Below are positions 16,089 to 24,509 of a stretch of 40,000 nt of DNA, piece by piece. Every line of letters starts with the position of its first letter. Position 1 is the first letter of the stretch. This DNA is from Pseudomonas aeruginosa (GTDB lineage: Bacteria > Pseudomonadota > Gammaproteobacteria > Pseudomonadales > Pseudomonadaceae). The DNA lies in NCBI RefSeq assembly GCF_001457615.1, contig NZ_LN831024.1:1554773-1594772 (forward strand), written 5' to 3'. The notes beneath the pieces are model-generated. The model did no database searches, was not told the DNA's origin, and saw only the letters and a list, made by a program, of their open reading frames with translations. Position numbers and translations under genes: made by a program.

Positions 16089-17763
16089 CGCAAGCCAAGT
16101 CACCGTCGGCGCCGCCATCGCCGCCTTCCTCGAACAGTGCGAGGTGAAGGCCGCCTTCGGGGTGATCTCGATCCACAACATGCCGATCCTCGATGCCTTC
16201 GCCAGCCGCGGCAACATCCGTTTCGTGATGGCCCGCGGCGAGGCCGGGGCGGCCAACATGGCCGATGCCTACGCCCGCACCAGCGGTGGCCTGGGCGTGT
16301 GCCTGACCAGCACCGGAACCGCCGCCGGCAACGCTGCCGGGGCGCTGGTCGAGGCGCTCACTGCCGGCACCCCGCTGCTGCACCTGACCGGGCAGATCGA
16401 AACCCCCTACCTGGATCGGAGCCTCGCCTACATCCACGAGGCGCCGGACCAGTTGAGCATGCTCAAGGCCATCTCCAAGGCGGCCTTCCGCGTGCGCAGC
16501 GTCGACACCGCCATCAGCACCCTCAAGCTGGCCGTGCAAACCGCCCTGACCGCGCCCGCCGGCCCGGTGAGCGTGGAAATCCCGATCGATATCCAATCGG
16601 CGCTGATCAACCTGCCGGCCGACCTGTCGCCGCTGCCGGTGCCGGTGGCCAGGCCCTCCGAGCAAGCCCTGGACGACCTAGCCGAGCGTTTCGCCCAGGC
16701 GCGGCGACCGATGCTCTGGCTGGGGGGCGGTGCCCGGCATGCCGGCCCGCAGGTACAACGCCTGCTGGCCATGGGCGTGGGCGTGGTCACCAGCACCCAG
16801 GGGCGTGGCATCGTCCCGGAAGACGACACGCGTTCCCTCGGCGCCTTCAACCTGAACAAACCGGTGGAGCGGTTCTACCAGAGCTGCGACGCCATGCTCG
16901 TGGTGGGCTCGCGCCTGCGCGGCAACGAAACCCTCAAGTACGAACTCAAGCTCCCGCGTCCGCTTTACCGGGCAGACGCCGATGCCACGGCGGAGGGCCG
17001 CTGCTACCCCAGCGATTTCTTCGTCTGCGGCGATTCCGAACGGGTCCTCAAGGGGCTCGCCGACCGCCTGGAAGGGCGCCTGTCGGTGGACCCGGCCTTC
17101 GCCGCGGATCTCGCCGCCGCGCGCAACCAGGCCCGCGCCCAGTTGGTGGACGGCCTTGGCCCCTACGCTTCGCTGGTGGAGCAACTGCAGGCGCTGGCCG
17201 GCCGCAATTTCAACTGGGTGCGCGACGTCACCGTCTCCAACAGCACCTGGGGCAACCGCCACCTGAATATCTTCAGCCCCCGCGCCGGCGTCCACGCCCT
17301 CGGCGGTGGCATCGGCCAGGGCCTGGCCATGGGCATCGGCGCGGCGGTCGGCGCGGCGGAAACCGCGCCTGGGCGCAAGACCTTCGTGCTCGCCGGCGAC
17401 GGCGGCTTCATCCTCAACCTGGGCGAACTGGCCACCGCCGTGCAGGAGCGGGCCGACATGCTCATCGTGCTGATGAACGACCAGGGCTACGGGGTGATCA
17501 AGAACATCCAGGACGCCGCCTACGGTGGCCGCCGCTGCTACGTCGACCTGCACACCCCGGACTACGCCCAACTGTCGGCTTCCCTCGGCCTGCGTCATGC
17601 CAAGGTCAGCGATCTGAAGGATTTCAGCGCCGTGCTCGATGGCGCCCTGGCCGAGCCAGGTCCCTTCCTGCTGGAGGTGGACATGCTCGCGGTGGGCAGC
17701 TTCAAGAGCATTTTCGCCGGCCCGCCGACCAACGATGCCAAGACCGACAAGGCCACCGCCTGA
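16081..17763 (+). CDS. Thiamine-diphosphate-dependent enzyme (acetolactate synthase / benzoylformate decarboxylase-like), 560 aa
   Basis: N-terminal Pyr domain (catalytic Glu context RGEAGAANMADAYAR) and a ThDP-binding motif GDGGF...NDQGYG. Confidence 0.9.
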   Translation: MRNASQVTVGAAIAAFLEQCEVKAAFGVISIHNMPILDAFASRGNIRFVMARGEAGAANMADAYARTSGGLGVCLTSTGTAAGNAAGALVEALTAGTPLLHLTGQIETPYLDRSLAYIHEAPDQLSMLKAISKAAFRVRSVDTAISTLKLAVQTALTAPAGPVSVEIPIDIQSALINLPADLSPLPVPVARPSEQALDDLAERFAQARRPMLWLGGGARHAGPQVQRLLAMGVGVVTSTQGRGIVPEDDTRSLGAFNLNKPVERFYQSCDAMLVVGSRLRGNETLKYELKLPRPLYRADADATAEGRCYPSDFFVCGDSERVLKGLADRLEGRLSVDPAFAADLAAARNQARAQLVDGLGPYASLVEQLQALAGRNFNWVRDVTVSNSTWGNRHLNIFSPRAGVHALGGGIGQGLAMGIGAAVGAAETAPGRKTFVLAGDGGFILNLGELATAVQERADMLIVLMNDQGYGVIKNIQDAAYGGRRCYVDLHTPDYAQLSASLGLRHAKVSDLKDFSAVLDGALAEPGPFLLEVDMLAVGSFKSIFAGPPTNDAKTDKATA

Positions 17764-17773
17764 GGCTCTCGCC

Positions 17774-18577
17774 ATGCTGAATATCGTCATGATCGGCTGC
17801 GGCGCCATCGGCGCCGGCGTCCTGGAACTGTTGGAAAACGATCCGCAACTGAGGGTCGATGCGGTGATCGTTCCTCGCGACTCCGAGACCCAGGTCCGCC
17901 ATCGCCTGGCCAGCCTGCGCCGGCCGCCGCGGGTACTCAGCGCGCTGCCGGCCGGAGAGCGCCCCGATCTTCTGGTGGAGTGCGCCGGGCACCGCGCCAT
18001 CGAGCAGCACGTGCTGCCGGCGCTGGCCCAAGGCATTCCCTGCCTGGTGGTCTCGGTGGGCGCGCTGTCCGAGCCGGGCCTGGTGGAGCGCCTGGAAGTC
18101 GCGGCGCAAGCCGGAGGCAGCCGCATCGAGCTGCTGCCCGGCGCCATCGGCGCCATCGATGCGCTGTCGGCGGCCAGGGTCGGTGGCCTCGAGTCGGTGC
18201 GCTACACCGGGCGCAAGCCGGCGAGCGCCTGGCTGGGGACGCCGGGCGAGACGGTCTGCGACCTGCAGCGCCTGGAGAAGGCGCGGGTGATCTTCGACGG
18301 CAGCGCCCGCGAGGCGGCGCGGCTCTATCCGAAGAACGCCAATGTCGCCGCCACCCTGTCGCTCGCCGGCCTCGGCCTGGACCGCACCCAGGTGCGCCTG
18401 ATCGCCGACCCCGAAAGCTGCGAGAACGTGCACCAGGTGGAAGCCAGCGGCGCCTTCGGCGGCTTCGAACTGACCTTGCGTGGCAAACCGCTGGCGGCCA
18501 ACCCGAAGACATCGGCGCTGACCGTGTACAGCGTGGTCCGAGCGTTGGGCAACCACGCCCACGCGATTTCGATCTAG
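17774..18577 (+). CDS. L-aspartate dehydrogenase (NadX-like), 267 aa
   Basis: Rossmann motif IGCGAIG and a conserved C-terminal NPKTSALT..S motif. Length and position match PA3505, remembered as a characterised aspartate dehydrogenase. Confidence 0.85.
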   Translation: MLNIVMIGCGAIGAGVLELLENDPQLRVDAVIVPRDSETQVRHRLASLRRPPRVLSALPAGERPDLLVECAGHRAIEQHVLPALAQGIPCLVVSVGALSEPGLVERLEVAAQAGGSRIELLPGAIGAIDALSAARVGGLESVRYTGRKPASAWLGTPGETVCDLQRLEKARVIFDGSAREAARLYPKNANVAATLSLAGLGLDRTQVRLIADPESCENVHQVEASGAFGGFELTLRGKPLAANPKTSALTVYSVVRALGNHAHAISI

Positions 18578-18588
18578 GGACGACTACC

Positions 18589-20073
18589 GTGATTGACCTG
18601 AACCCGATCCAACCCATCTGCATCGCCGGCGAGTGGCGAGCGGGCGGCGGCGACCTCTACGAAAGCCTCTATCCGGCCACCGGCGAGGCCGTCGCCCGCC
18701 TGCATGCGGCCAGCCTGGAGGACGTGGAGGAAGCCATGGCCGGCGCCCACCGCGCCTTCCGTGAGAGCGGCTGGGCCCAGCGCAAGCCTCATGAGCGGGC
18801 CACCGTGCTTTATCGTATCGCCGCGCTGATCCGCGAGCGCAGCGAAGAACTGGCGCAGTTGCAGCGCCTGGACAACGGCAAGCCGATCAGGGAAACCCGC
18901 AACCTGGTGGCCAGCGCCGCCGCCACCTTCCAGTTCTTCGCCGCCGCCTGCGAGACCCTGGAGGAAAGCATCACGCCGTCGCGCGGCGACTTCGTCAGCA
19001 TGAGCGTGTACGAGCCCATGGGCGTGGTGGTTGCCATCACCCCGTGGAACTCGCCCATCGCCTCCGAGGCGCAGAAGCTCGCCCCGGCCCTGGCCGCCGG
19101 CAACGCGGTGGTGGTCAAGCCGGCCGAGATCACCCCGCTGGCCGCCCTGGCGCTGGCGCGCATCTGCGATGAGGCCGGCCTGCCGCGTGGGCTGGTCAGC
19201 GTGCTGCCGGGCAAGGGCGCGCTGATCGGCGATGCCCTGACCCGCCACCCCCTGGCCAGGCGCGTGTCCTTCACCGGCGGCACCCGCACCGGCAAGCACA
19301 TCGCGCGCATCGCCGCCGACAAGATGATGCCGGTGTCCCTGGAACTGGGCGGCAAGTCGCCGACCATGGTGCTGGCCGACGCCGATCTCGACCACGCGGT
19401 GGCCGGCGTGCTCTATGGCATCTTCAGTTCCAGCGGCGAATCCTGCATTGCCGGCTCGCGGTTGTTCGTCGCCAGCGAGCGCTACGACGAATTCATGGAG
19501 CGCCTGGCCACCGGCGCCGCGGCCCTGCGCGTCGGCAACCCGGCCGACGAGCGCACCCAGATGGGCCCGCTGATCAGCGCGCGGCACCGCGAGTCGGTGG
19601 AGCGCTATGTCGAGATGGGCGTGGCCGAGGGCGGTCGCCTGCGCACGGGGGGCGTACGTCCCCATGGCGCAGCCTTCGATCGTGGCTACTTCTACACCCC
19701 GACCATCATCGAAGGCCTCACCAACGACGCCCGCCTGTGCCAGGAGGAAGTCTTCGGCCCGGTGCTGGTGGCCATGCCTTTCGACAGCGAAGAGGCCCTG
19801 ATCGAAGAGGCCAACGACAGCTGCTACGCGCTGGCCGCCGGCATCTGGACACGCGACTTCCAGCGCGCCTGGCGGCTCGGCCGCGCCGTGCAGGCCGGCA
19901 CCGTGTGGATCAACACCTACAAGCAGTTCTCCATCTCCACCCCCTTCGGCGGCTGGCGCGACAGCGGCCTGGGCCGCGAAAAGGGCCGCCTGGGGATACT
20001 CCAGTACATGGAGCAGAAGAGCCTCTACTGGGGCCTGAACGAACAGCCGCTGGCCTGGGCCGGCAGCCACTGA
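18589..20073 (+). CDS. NAD(P)+-dependent aldehyde dehydrogenase (494 aa, GTG start)
   Basis: ELGGKSP and catalytic Cys context GESCIAGSR. Start assigned to GTG 18589, preceded by a purine-rich AGGGA (18576-18580); the upstream part of the track ORF overlaps the previous gene. Confidence 0.88.
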   Translation: MIDLNPIQPICIAGEWRAGGGDLYESLYPATGEAVARLHAASLEDVEEAMAGAHRAFRESGWAQRKPHERATVLYRIAALIRERSEELAQLQRLDNGKPIRETRNLVASAAATFQFFAAACETLEESITPSRGDFVSMSVYEPMGVVVAITPWNSPIASEAQKLAPALAAGNAVVVKPAEITPLAALALARICDEAGLPRGLVSVLPGKGALIGDALTRHPLARRVSFTGGTRTGKHIARIAADKMMPVSLELGGKSPTMVLADADLDHAVAGVLYGIFSSSGESCIAGSRLFVASERYDEFMERLATGAAALRVGNPADERTQMGPLISARHRESVERYVEMGVAEGGRLRTGGVRPHGAAFDRGYFYTPTIIEGLTNDARLCQEEVFGPVLVAMPFDSEEALIEEANDSCYALAAGIWTRDFQRAWRLGRAVQAGTVWINTYKQFSISTPFGGWRDSGLGREKGRLGILQYMEQKSLYWGLNEQPLAWAGSH

Positions 20074-20086
20074 TGAGGAAGACGCG

Positions 20087-21052
20087 ATGAGCGTATCGGG
20101 AATCGACGAAATCACCTACGGCGTGGAAGACCTGGCCACCAGCGCGCGTTTCTTCGCCGACTGGGGCCTGGCGCAGGTCGAGGCGAGCGAGGACCAGGTG
20201 GTCTTCGAAAGCCTCAACGGCTGCCGCGTGATAGTCGCGGCGCGGGACAAGCCCGGCCTGCCGCCGGCCATCGAGGAAGGCTCGACCCTGCGTGAAGTGG
20301 TTTGGGGCGTGGAGAGCGAGGCGGACCTCAAGCTGTACGCCGAGCGCATCGCCAATGATCCCGGCTTCATCGAGGGCGAGGGCCGTATCGGCTGCACCGA
20401 CCCGAACGGTCTGGCCGTGCGCTTGCAGGTCACCCGTAAACGCGACATCCAGGTGGCCTGCGGCCAGTCCAACACCTGGCAGTTCAAGGGCCGGATCAAC
20501 CAGGCCAGCCCCATCTACGAACGTGCGCAGCCCGTCGAAGTCGGCCACGTGGTGTTCTTCGTCAAGGACGTCAACGCCTGCGAACGCTTCTACCGCGAGC
20601 GCTTCGGCTTCGTCTGCTCCGATCGCTATCCGAATCGCGGCGCCTTCCTGCGTTGCGCGGAGGAGGGCGGCCACCACGACCTGTTCATGCTGCAACTGCC
20701 GCAACCGCGCGCCGGCCTGAACCACGTGGCGTTCACCGTGCGCGATATCCATGAGGTGTTCGGCGGCGGCATGCACATCGCCCGCTGCGGCTGGGATACC
20801 GAGATCGGCCCGGGTCGGCATCCGGTGTCCTCGGCGTACTTCTGGTACTTCCGGAACCCCGCCGGCGCCCTCGTCGAGTACTACGCCGACGAGGACCAAC
20901 TGACCGGCGAGTGGCAGGCCCGCGAGTTCGAACCTGGCCCTACGGTATTCGCCGAATGGGCCATCGCCGGTGGCCTGGACGGCAATACCCGGCGACAGAA
21001 AAGCGTCGAGGCACCGCAGGGCCGGTTCCTCACCGACAAACCCAGGAGTTGA
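20087..21052 (+). CDS. Two-domain VOC (glyoxalase/extradiol dioxygenase) family protein, 321 aa
   Basis: Two VOC modules. The second contains the H..H..E-type context (VGHVVFFV, GGHHDLFMLQ, LNHVAF, ALVEYY) typical of type I extradiol dioxygenases. Confidence 0.8.
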   Translation: MSVSGIDEITYGVEDLATSARFFADWGLAQVEASEDQVVFESLNGCRVIVAARDKPGLPPAIEEGSTLREVVWGVESEADLKLYAERIANDPGFIEGEGRIGCTDPNGLAVRLQVTRKRDIQVACGQSNTWQFKGRINQASPIYERAQPVEVGHVVFFVKDVNACERFYRERFGFVCSDRYPNRGAFLRCAEEGGHHDLFMLQLPQPRAGLNHVAFTVRDIHEVFGGGMHIARCGWDTEIGPGRHPVSSAYFWYFRNPAGALVEYYADEDQLTGEWQAREFEPGPTVFAEWAIAGGLDGNTRRQKSVEAPQGRFLTDKPRS

Positions 21053-21059
21053 GACGAGC

Positions 21060-21377
21060 ATGAGCGACACCTTGTTGCTGACCGTGCTGCTCCGGCACGA
21101 CCAGTCGAAGAATCTCGACGAGATCCAGGCCCGCATGAAGGCCATGGACTGGTGGGAGCGCTTTCCGGGAGAGGGCGTGGCGATCGTTTCTTGGACCGTC
21201 GCCATGGGCCTCGGCCAGATCGTCACCCTGCGCCTGCCGCCGGCCCTGCTGCCACGCGTCAACGTCGAACTGGAGCGCTCCGCCTGGGGCGTGTTCCGCA
21301 CCGAATGCTACCCGACCTACGACTTCGTCCCGGTTCGCGAAACCATCCGCGAACGGGTCCGCACTGGAGGCCAATGA
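21060..21377 (+). CDS. Small hypothetical protein (105 aa)
   Basis: ORF packed between the dioxygenase gene and the next small ORF. AGGAG lies upstream. No motif recognised. Confidence 0.6.
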   Translation: MSDTLLLTVLLRHDQSKNLDEIQARMKAMDWWERFPGEGVAIVSWTVAMGLGQIVTLRLPPALLPRVNVELERSAWGVFRTECYPTYDFVPVRETIRERVRTGGQ

Positions 21378-21378
21378 C

Positions 21379-21597
21379 ATGCAAGACCGTTACCTCGAAC
21401 CCCATCAGGCCCGTACCCGCGAGCCGAACGCCTTCGAAGACCTGCTCGGCGATTCCATCGAGCGCGCCTACGCCGCCGGCCTGCACGACCTGCCGGGGCT
21501 GCTCGGCTACCTCAACCAGGCCGGCCCGACCTGCCCGGGCGGCGGTCCCTGGACCGAGGAAGCCTACAAGACCCTGATGGCCCGCCTGGGCGCGTGA
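21379..21597 (+). CDS. Small hypothetical protein (72 aa)
   Basis: Starts 1 nt after the previous stop. GC3-rich codon usage like its neighbours. No motif recognised. Confidence 0.55.
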   Translation: MQDRYLEPHQARTREPNAFEDLLGDSIERAYAAGLHDLPGLLGYLNQAGPTCPGGGPWTEEAYKTLMARLGA

Positions 21598-21619
21598 ATT
21601 CCCCCGAGAGGAAACCGCT

Positions 21620-22639
21620 ATGAGCACCGTGAACCCTGTTGAACAGCTTCTCGCCAACGGCCTGAAGAACCTCTGGTACCCGATCTGCCCGGTGGGCTTC
21701 ATCGAGGACAAGCCGGTGTCCCTGCGCCGCCTGGGCTACAAGCTGGCCGTCTGGCGCGATACCGACGGCACCCTGCATGCCCTCGAAGACCATTGCCCGC
21801 ACCGTGGCGCGCCGCTGTCGCGCGGGGTGAACCTGGGCGACCGCCTGCAATGCCCCTACCACGGCGTGGAAGTGCGCTGCGACGGCGTTACCGCCCGCGT
21901 GCCCGGCAGCCCCGGCTGCAAGCTGGAAGGCAGCCAGGCCACGCGCTTCTTCCACATCACCGAGGCGGCCGGCGCCGTGTGGCTGTACAACTCGGCGGGC
22001 AATGTCGAGGAAGCCCCGCCGCTGGTGCTGCCCGAGCAACTGACCGACCCCGAGTTTTCCCACTTCCTCTGCTATACCGAGTGGCGCGGCGACTACCGCT
22101 ACGTGCTGGACAACGTCATGGACCCCATGCACGGCACCTACCTGCACAAGCAGTCGCACTCCATGTCCGAGGGCGAAAGCCAGGCACGCTTCGTCACCCG
22201 CGACACCGACACCGGCTTCATCTTCGAGAAGGACGGCCAGCGCGGGGTCAACTTCGACTGGACCGAATGGGCCGACACCGGGATGCACTGGATGCGCCTG
22301 GAGATTCCCTATCCGAAGACCGGCGGCCCGGGTGGCAACTTCCATATCGTCGGCAGTTACACGCCGATCGCCCGCGACCTCTGCGCGGTGTTCCACTGGC
22401 GTTGCCGGCCGCTCACCGGCTGGCAGCGTGACACCTGGCGGTTCCTCTACAGGAACCGCCTGGAGGCGCGTCACTGGGCGGTGCTGGAGCAGGACCGGGA
22501 AATGCTCGAATTCATGGAGCCGGACGCCAACCAGCGGGAGAACCTCTACCAGCACGACCTCGGCCTGGTGCGCCTGCGGCGGCACCTGAAGAACCTGGCC
22601 AAGGCCCAGCTGGAACTGATCGAGGCCCGGCAACTGTGA
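21620..22639 (+). CDS. Rieske [2Fe-2S] non-heme-iron oxygenase, alpha-only type (339 aa)
   Basis: Rieske motif CPHRGAPLS...CPYHG. Catalytic-domain His pair region DPMHGTYLH. Confidence 0.9.
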   Translation: MSTVNPVEQLLANGLKNLWYPICPVGFIEDKPVSLRRLGYKLAVWRDTDGTLHALEDHCPHRGAPLSRGVNLGDRLQCPYHGVEVRCDGVTARVPGSPGCKLEGSQATRFFHITEAAGAVWLYNSAGNVEEAPPLVLPEQLTDPEFSHFLCYTEWRGDYRYVLDNVMDPMHGTYLHKQSHSMSEGESQARFVTRDTDTGFIFEKDGQRGVNFDWTEWADTGMHWMRLEIPYPKTGGPGGNFHIVGSYTPIARDLCAVFHWRCRPLTGWQRDTWRFLYRNRLEARHWAVLEQDREMLEFMEPDANQRENLYQHDLGLVRLRRHLKNLAKAQLELIEARQL

Positions 22640-23070
22640 CCGCCGTACGCCGGATCCGCGCCGCGGCGCTACCCGACCTGCCGGATGCAAGCTGGTCCAA
22701 TGCCCTGCTGGTGGGAGAGGAGCTGGTGATGTCCGGCATGACCGCGCACCCGGCCACCCGCCAGGCCGCCGAGCGCGGCGCCGCGCTCGACGCCCATGCC
22801 CAGGCCCTGGTGGTGCTGGGCAAGGTGAAGGCGCTGCTGGAGGCGGCGGGAGGCCATGTCGGCAACCTCTACAAGCTCAACGTCTACGTCACCCGCATCG
22901 CCGACAAGGACGCTATTGGGCGCGCGCGGCAGGAGTTCTTCGCCGGCCAGGGCACTTTTCCCGCCTCCACCCTGGTCGAGGTGAGCGGCCTGGTGTTTCC
23001 CGAACTGCTGGTGGAGATCGACGCCTGGGCGCGCCTCGATATCGACCTGGCGAACTGCGACGAAGCCTGA
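22636..23070 (+). CDS. RidA/YjgF/Rut-family enamine/imine deaminase-like protein (144 aa)
   Basis: Family-typical length and a C-terminal block (PASTLVEVSGLVFPELLVEIDAWA). GTG start overlaps the Rieske stop (GTGA). Confidence 0.8.
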   Translation: MTAVRRIRAAALPDLPDASWSNALLVGEELVMSGMTAHPATRQAAERGAALDAHAQALVVLGKVKALLEAAGGHVGNLYKLNVYVTRIADKDAIGRARQEFFAGQGTFPASTLVEVSGLVFPELLVEIDAWARLDIDLANCDEA

Positions 23071-23084
23071 AAGCGAGGTAGAAG

Positions 23085-24041
23085 ATGACTCACGACAACA
23101 GACTGGCGGCCTTCGTCCATACCCTGCGCTTCGAGGCGCAGGGTATCCTCGGCGTCGAACTGCGCCCGCAGGGCGACCAGGTCTTTCCGCCATTCAGCGC
23201 CGGCGCGCATATCGACCTGCACCTGCCCAACGGCCTGGTGCGCAGCTACTCGCTGCTCAACTCGCCGGAGGACTGCGGCCGCTATGTGCTCGGCATCCTG
23301 CGTGATCGCGGCAGCCGCGGCGGCTCCGCGTTCGTCCACGATAGCCTGCGGGTCGGCATGCAATTGCAGATATCCCGGCCGCGCAACCTGTTCCCGCTGG
23401 AGGAAAACGCTGCGCACAGCGTACTGGTGGCCGGTGGCATCGGCGTGACGCCGATCTACTGCATGTTCAACCGCCTGCGTGCGCTGGGACGTTCGGTGGA
23501 ACTGCTCTACTGCGCGCGCTCGCGCCAGGAAGCCGCCTTCGTCGAAGAACTGGCCGCCAGCGATGCCGCTATCCAGCTGCATTTCGACGACGAGAAGGGC
23601 GGCCCCATGGATCTCGGCGCCTTCCTTGGCGCACGGGCGTCCACCGCGCATTTCTACTGTTGCGGGCCGACCCCGATGATCGATGCCTTCGAGACGCACT
23701 GCGAACGCCTTGGCCATCCGCATGTGCACATCGAGCGCTTCGCCGCCGCGCCCCAGGCCCCGGCGGCGCCCCAGGGCAGCTACGAAGTGCGCCTGGCGCG
23801 CAGCGGCACGAGCATCGAGGTGCCGAGCGGCAAGTCGTTGCTCGACGCCCTGCTGGAAGCTGGCGTGGTGGTCGATTGCAGTTGCCGCGAGGGCGTTTGC
23901 GGTTCCTGCGAGACCCGTGTGCTGGAAGGCGAGCCGGAGCATCGCGACGGCGTCCTGACCAAGGCGGAAAAGATCGCCAACCAGACCATGATGGTCTGCG
24001 TGTCCGGCTGCAAGGGATCGCGCCTGGTGCTCGACCTCTGA
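23085..24041 (+). CDS. Phthalate-dioxygenase-reductase-type oxidoreductase (FMN/NAD-binding plus C-terminal plant-type 2Fe-2S), 318 aa
   Basis: RSYSL flavin-binding motif, GGIGVTP NAD motif, C-terminal CREGVCGSC...C ferredoxin motif. Confidence 0.9.
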   Translation: MTHDNRLAAFVHTLRFEAQGILGVELRPQGDQVFPPFSAGAHIDLHLPNGLVRSYSLLNSPEDCGRYVLGILRDRGSRGGSAFVHDSLRVGMQLQISRPRNLFPLEENAAHSVLVAGGIGVTPIYCMFNRLRALGRSVELLYCARSRQEAAFVEELAASDAAIQLHFDDEKGGPMDLGAFLGARASTAHFYCCGPTPMIDAFETHCERLGHPHVHIERFAAAPQAPAAPQGSYEVRLARSGTSIEVPSGKSLLDALLEAGVVVDCSCREGVCGSCETRVLEGEPEHRDGVLTKAEKIANQTMMVCVSGCKGSRLVLDL

Positions 24042-24069
24042 TCCCCGGTTATTCCCGCGTTGCCTTTGG

Positions 24070-24097
24070 ACCGGCGTTTGTAACGCCGGTTTTTTTT
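24070..24097 (+). terminator. Rho-independent terminator ending the 17-gene cluster
   Basis: ACCGGCG-TTTGTAA-CGCCGGT hairpin followed by a T8 run (24090-24097). Confidence 0.85.
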
Positions 24098-24298
24098 GCC
24101 TGGGGATCGAGCCCGGCCAAGGCTGGAATAGCGTTCCGGGGGGACGAAAAGTGTCACCGTGATCTTTCTACGCACCCGCTTCGGGCGTTTTCGTTACCTT
24201 GCCAAGAGCCTGTTTCGAGGGTGAAAAGAAGTTGCGCGTTTAATATATAAACAACTGTATTTAAAGGATTTTTTTGTTTTATGAGATTGTTCTTGCAC

Positions 24299-24314
24299 TG
24301 GCATGGTTAATGCT
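24299..24314 (+). promoter_or_regulatory. Sigma-54-type -24/-12 promoter candidate upstream of the OMP gene
   Basis: TGGCATG-GTTA-ATGCT compared with TGGCACG-N4-TTGCW. An AT-rich tract lies upstream (24238-24290, possible bending site), with the shared 16-mer at 24210-24225. Confidence 0.45.
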
Positions 24315-24509
24315 CGAAACGTTGTGCCGCATATGAAACGAAGTGCGGAGCGATAACACAACCGAGGCCGTTCCGACGGCCGGGAAAAATAAAAAACAAG
24401 AGCAACCGGAAACCAACTATCCAAGGCCACCCGCGCTGTCGGCGAAGTTCGCCGAAGGGGTTCGGCTTGCTCGAAAAAACGCTGCCTTGGCGCACTCGCA
24501 GACGAGGTC

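Noticed and set aside
14480-21301. Series of long alternative-frame or antisense ORFs (508 aa, 547 aa, 492 aa, 513 aa and 463 aa in the track)
   Set aside because: All overlap well-supported enzyme genes and have Arg/Ala/Gly/Pro-dominated low-complexity translations with no start-site signals. They are GC-driven absence-of-stop artefacts.
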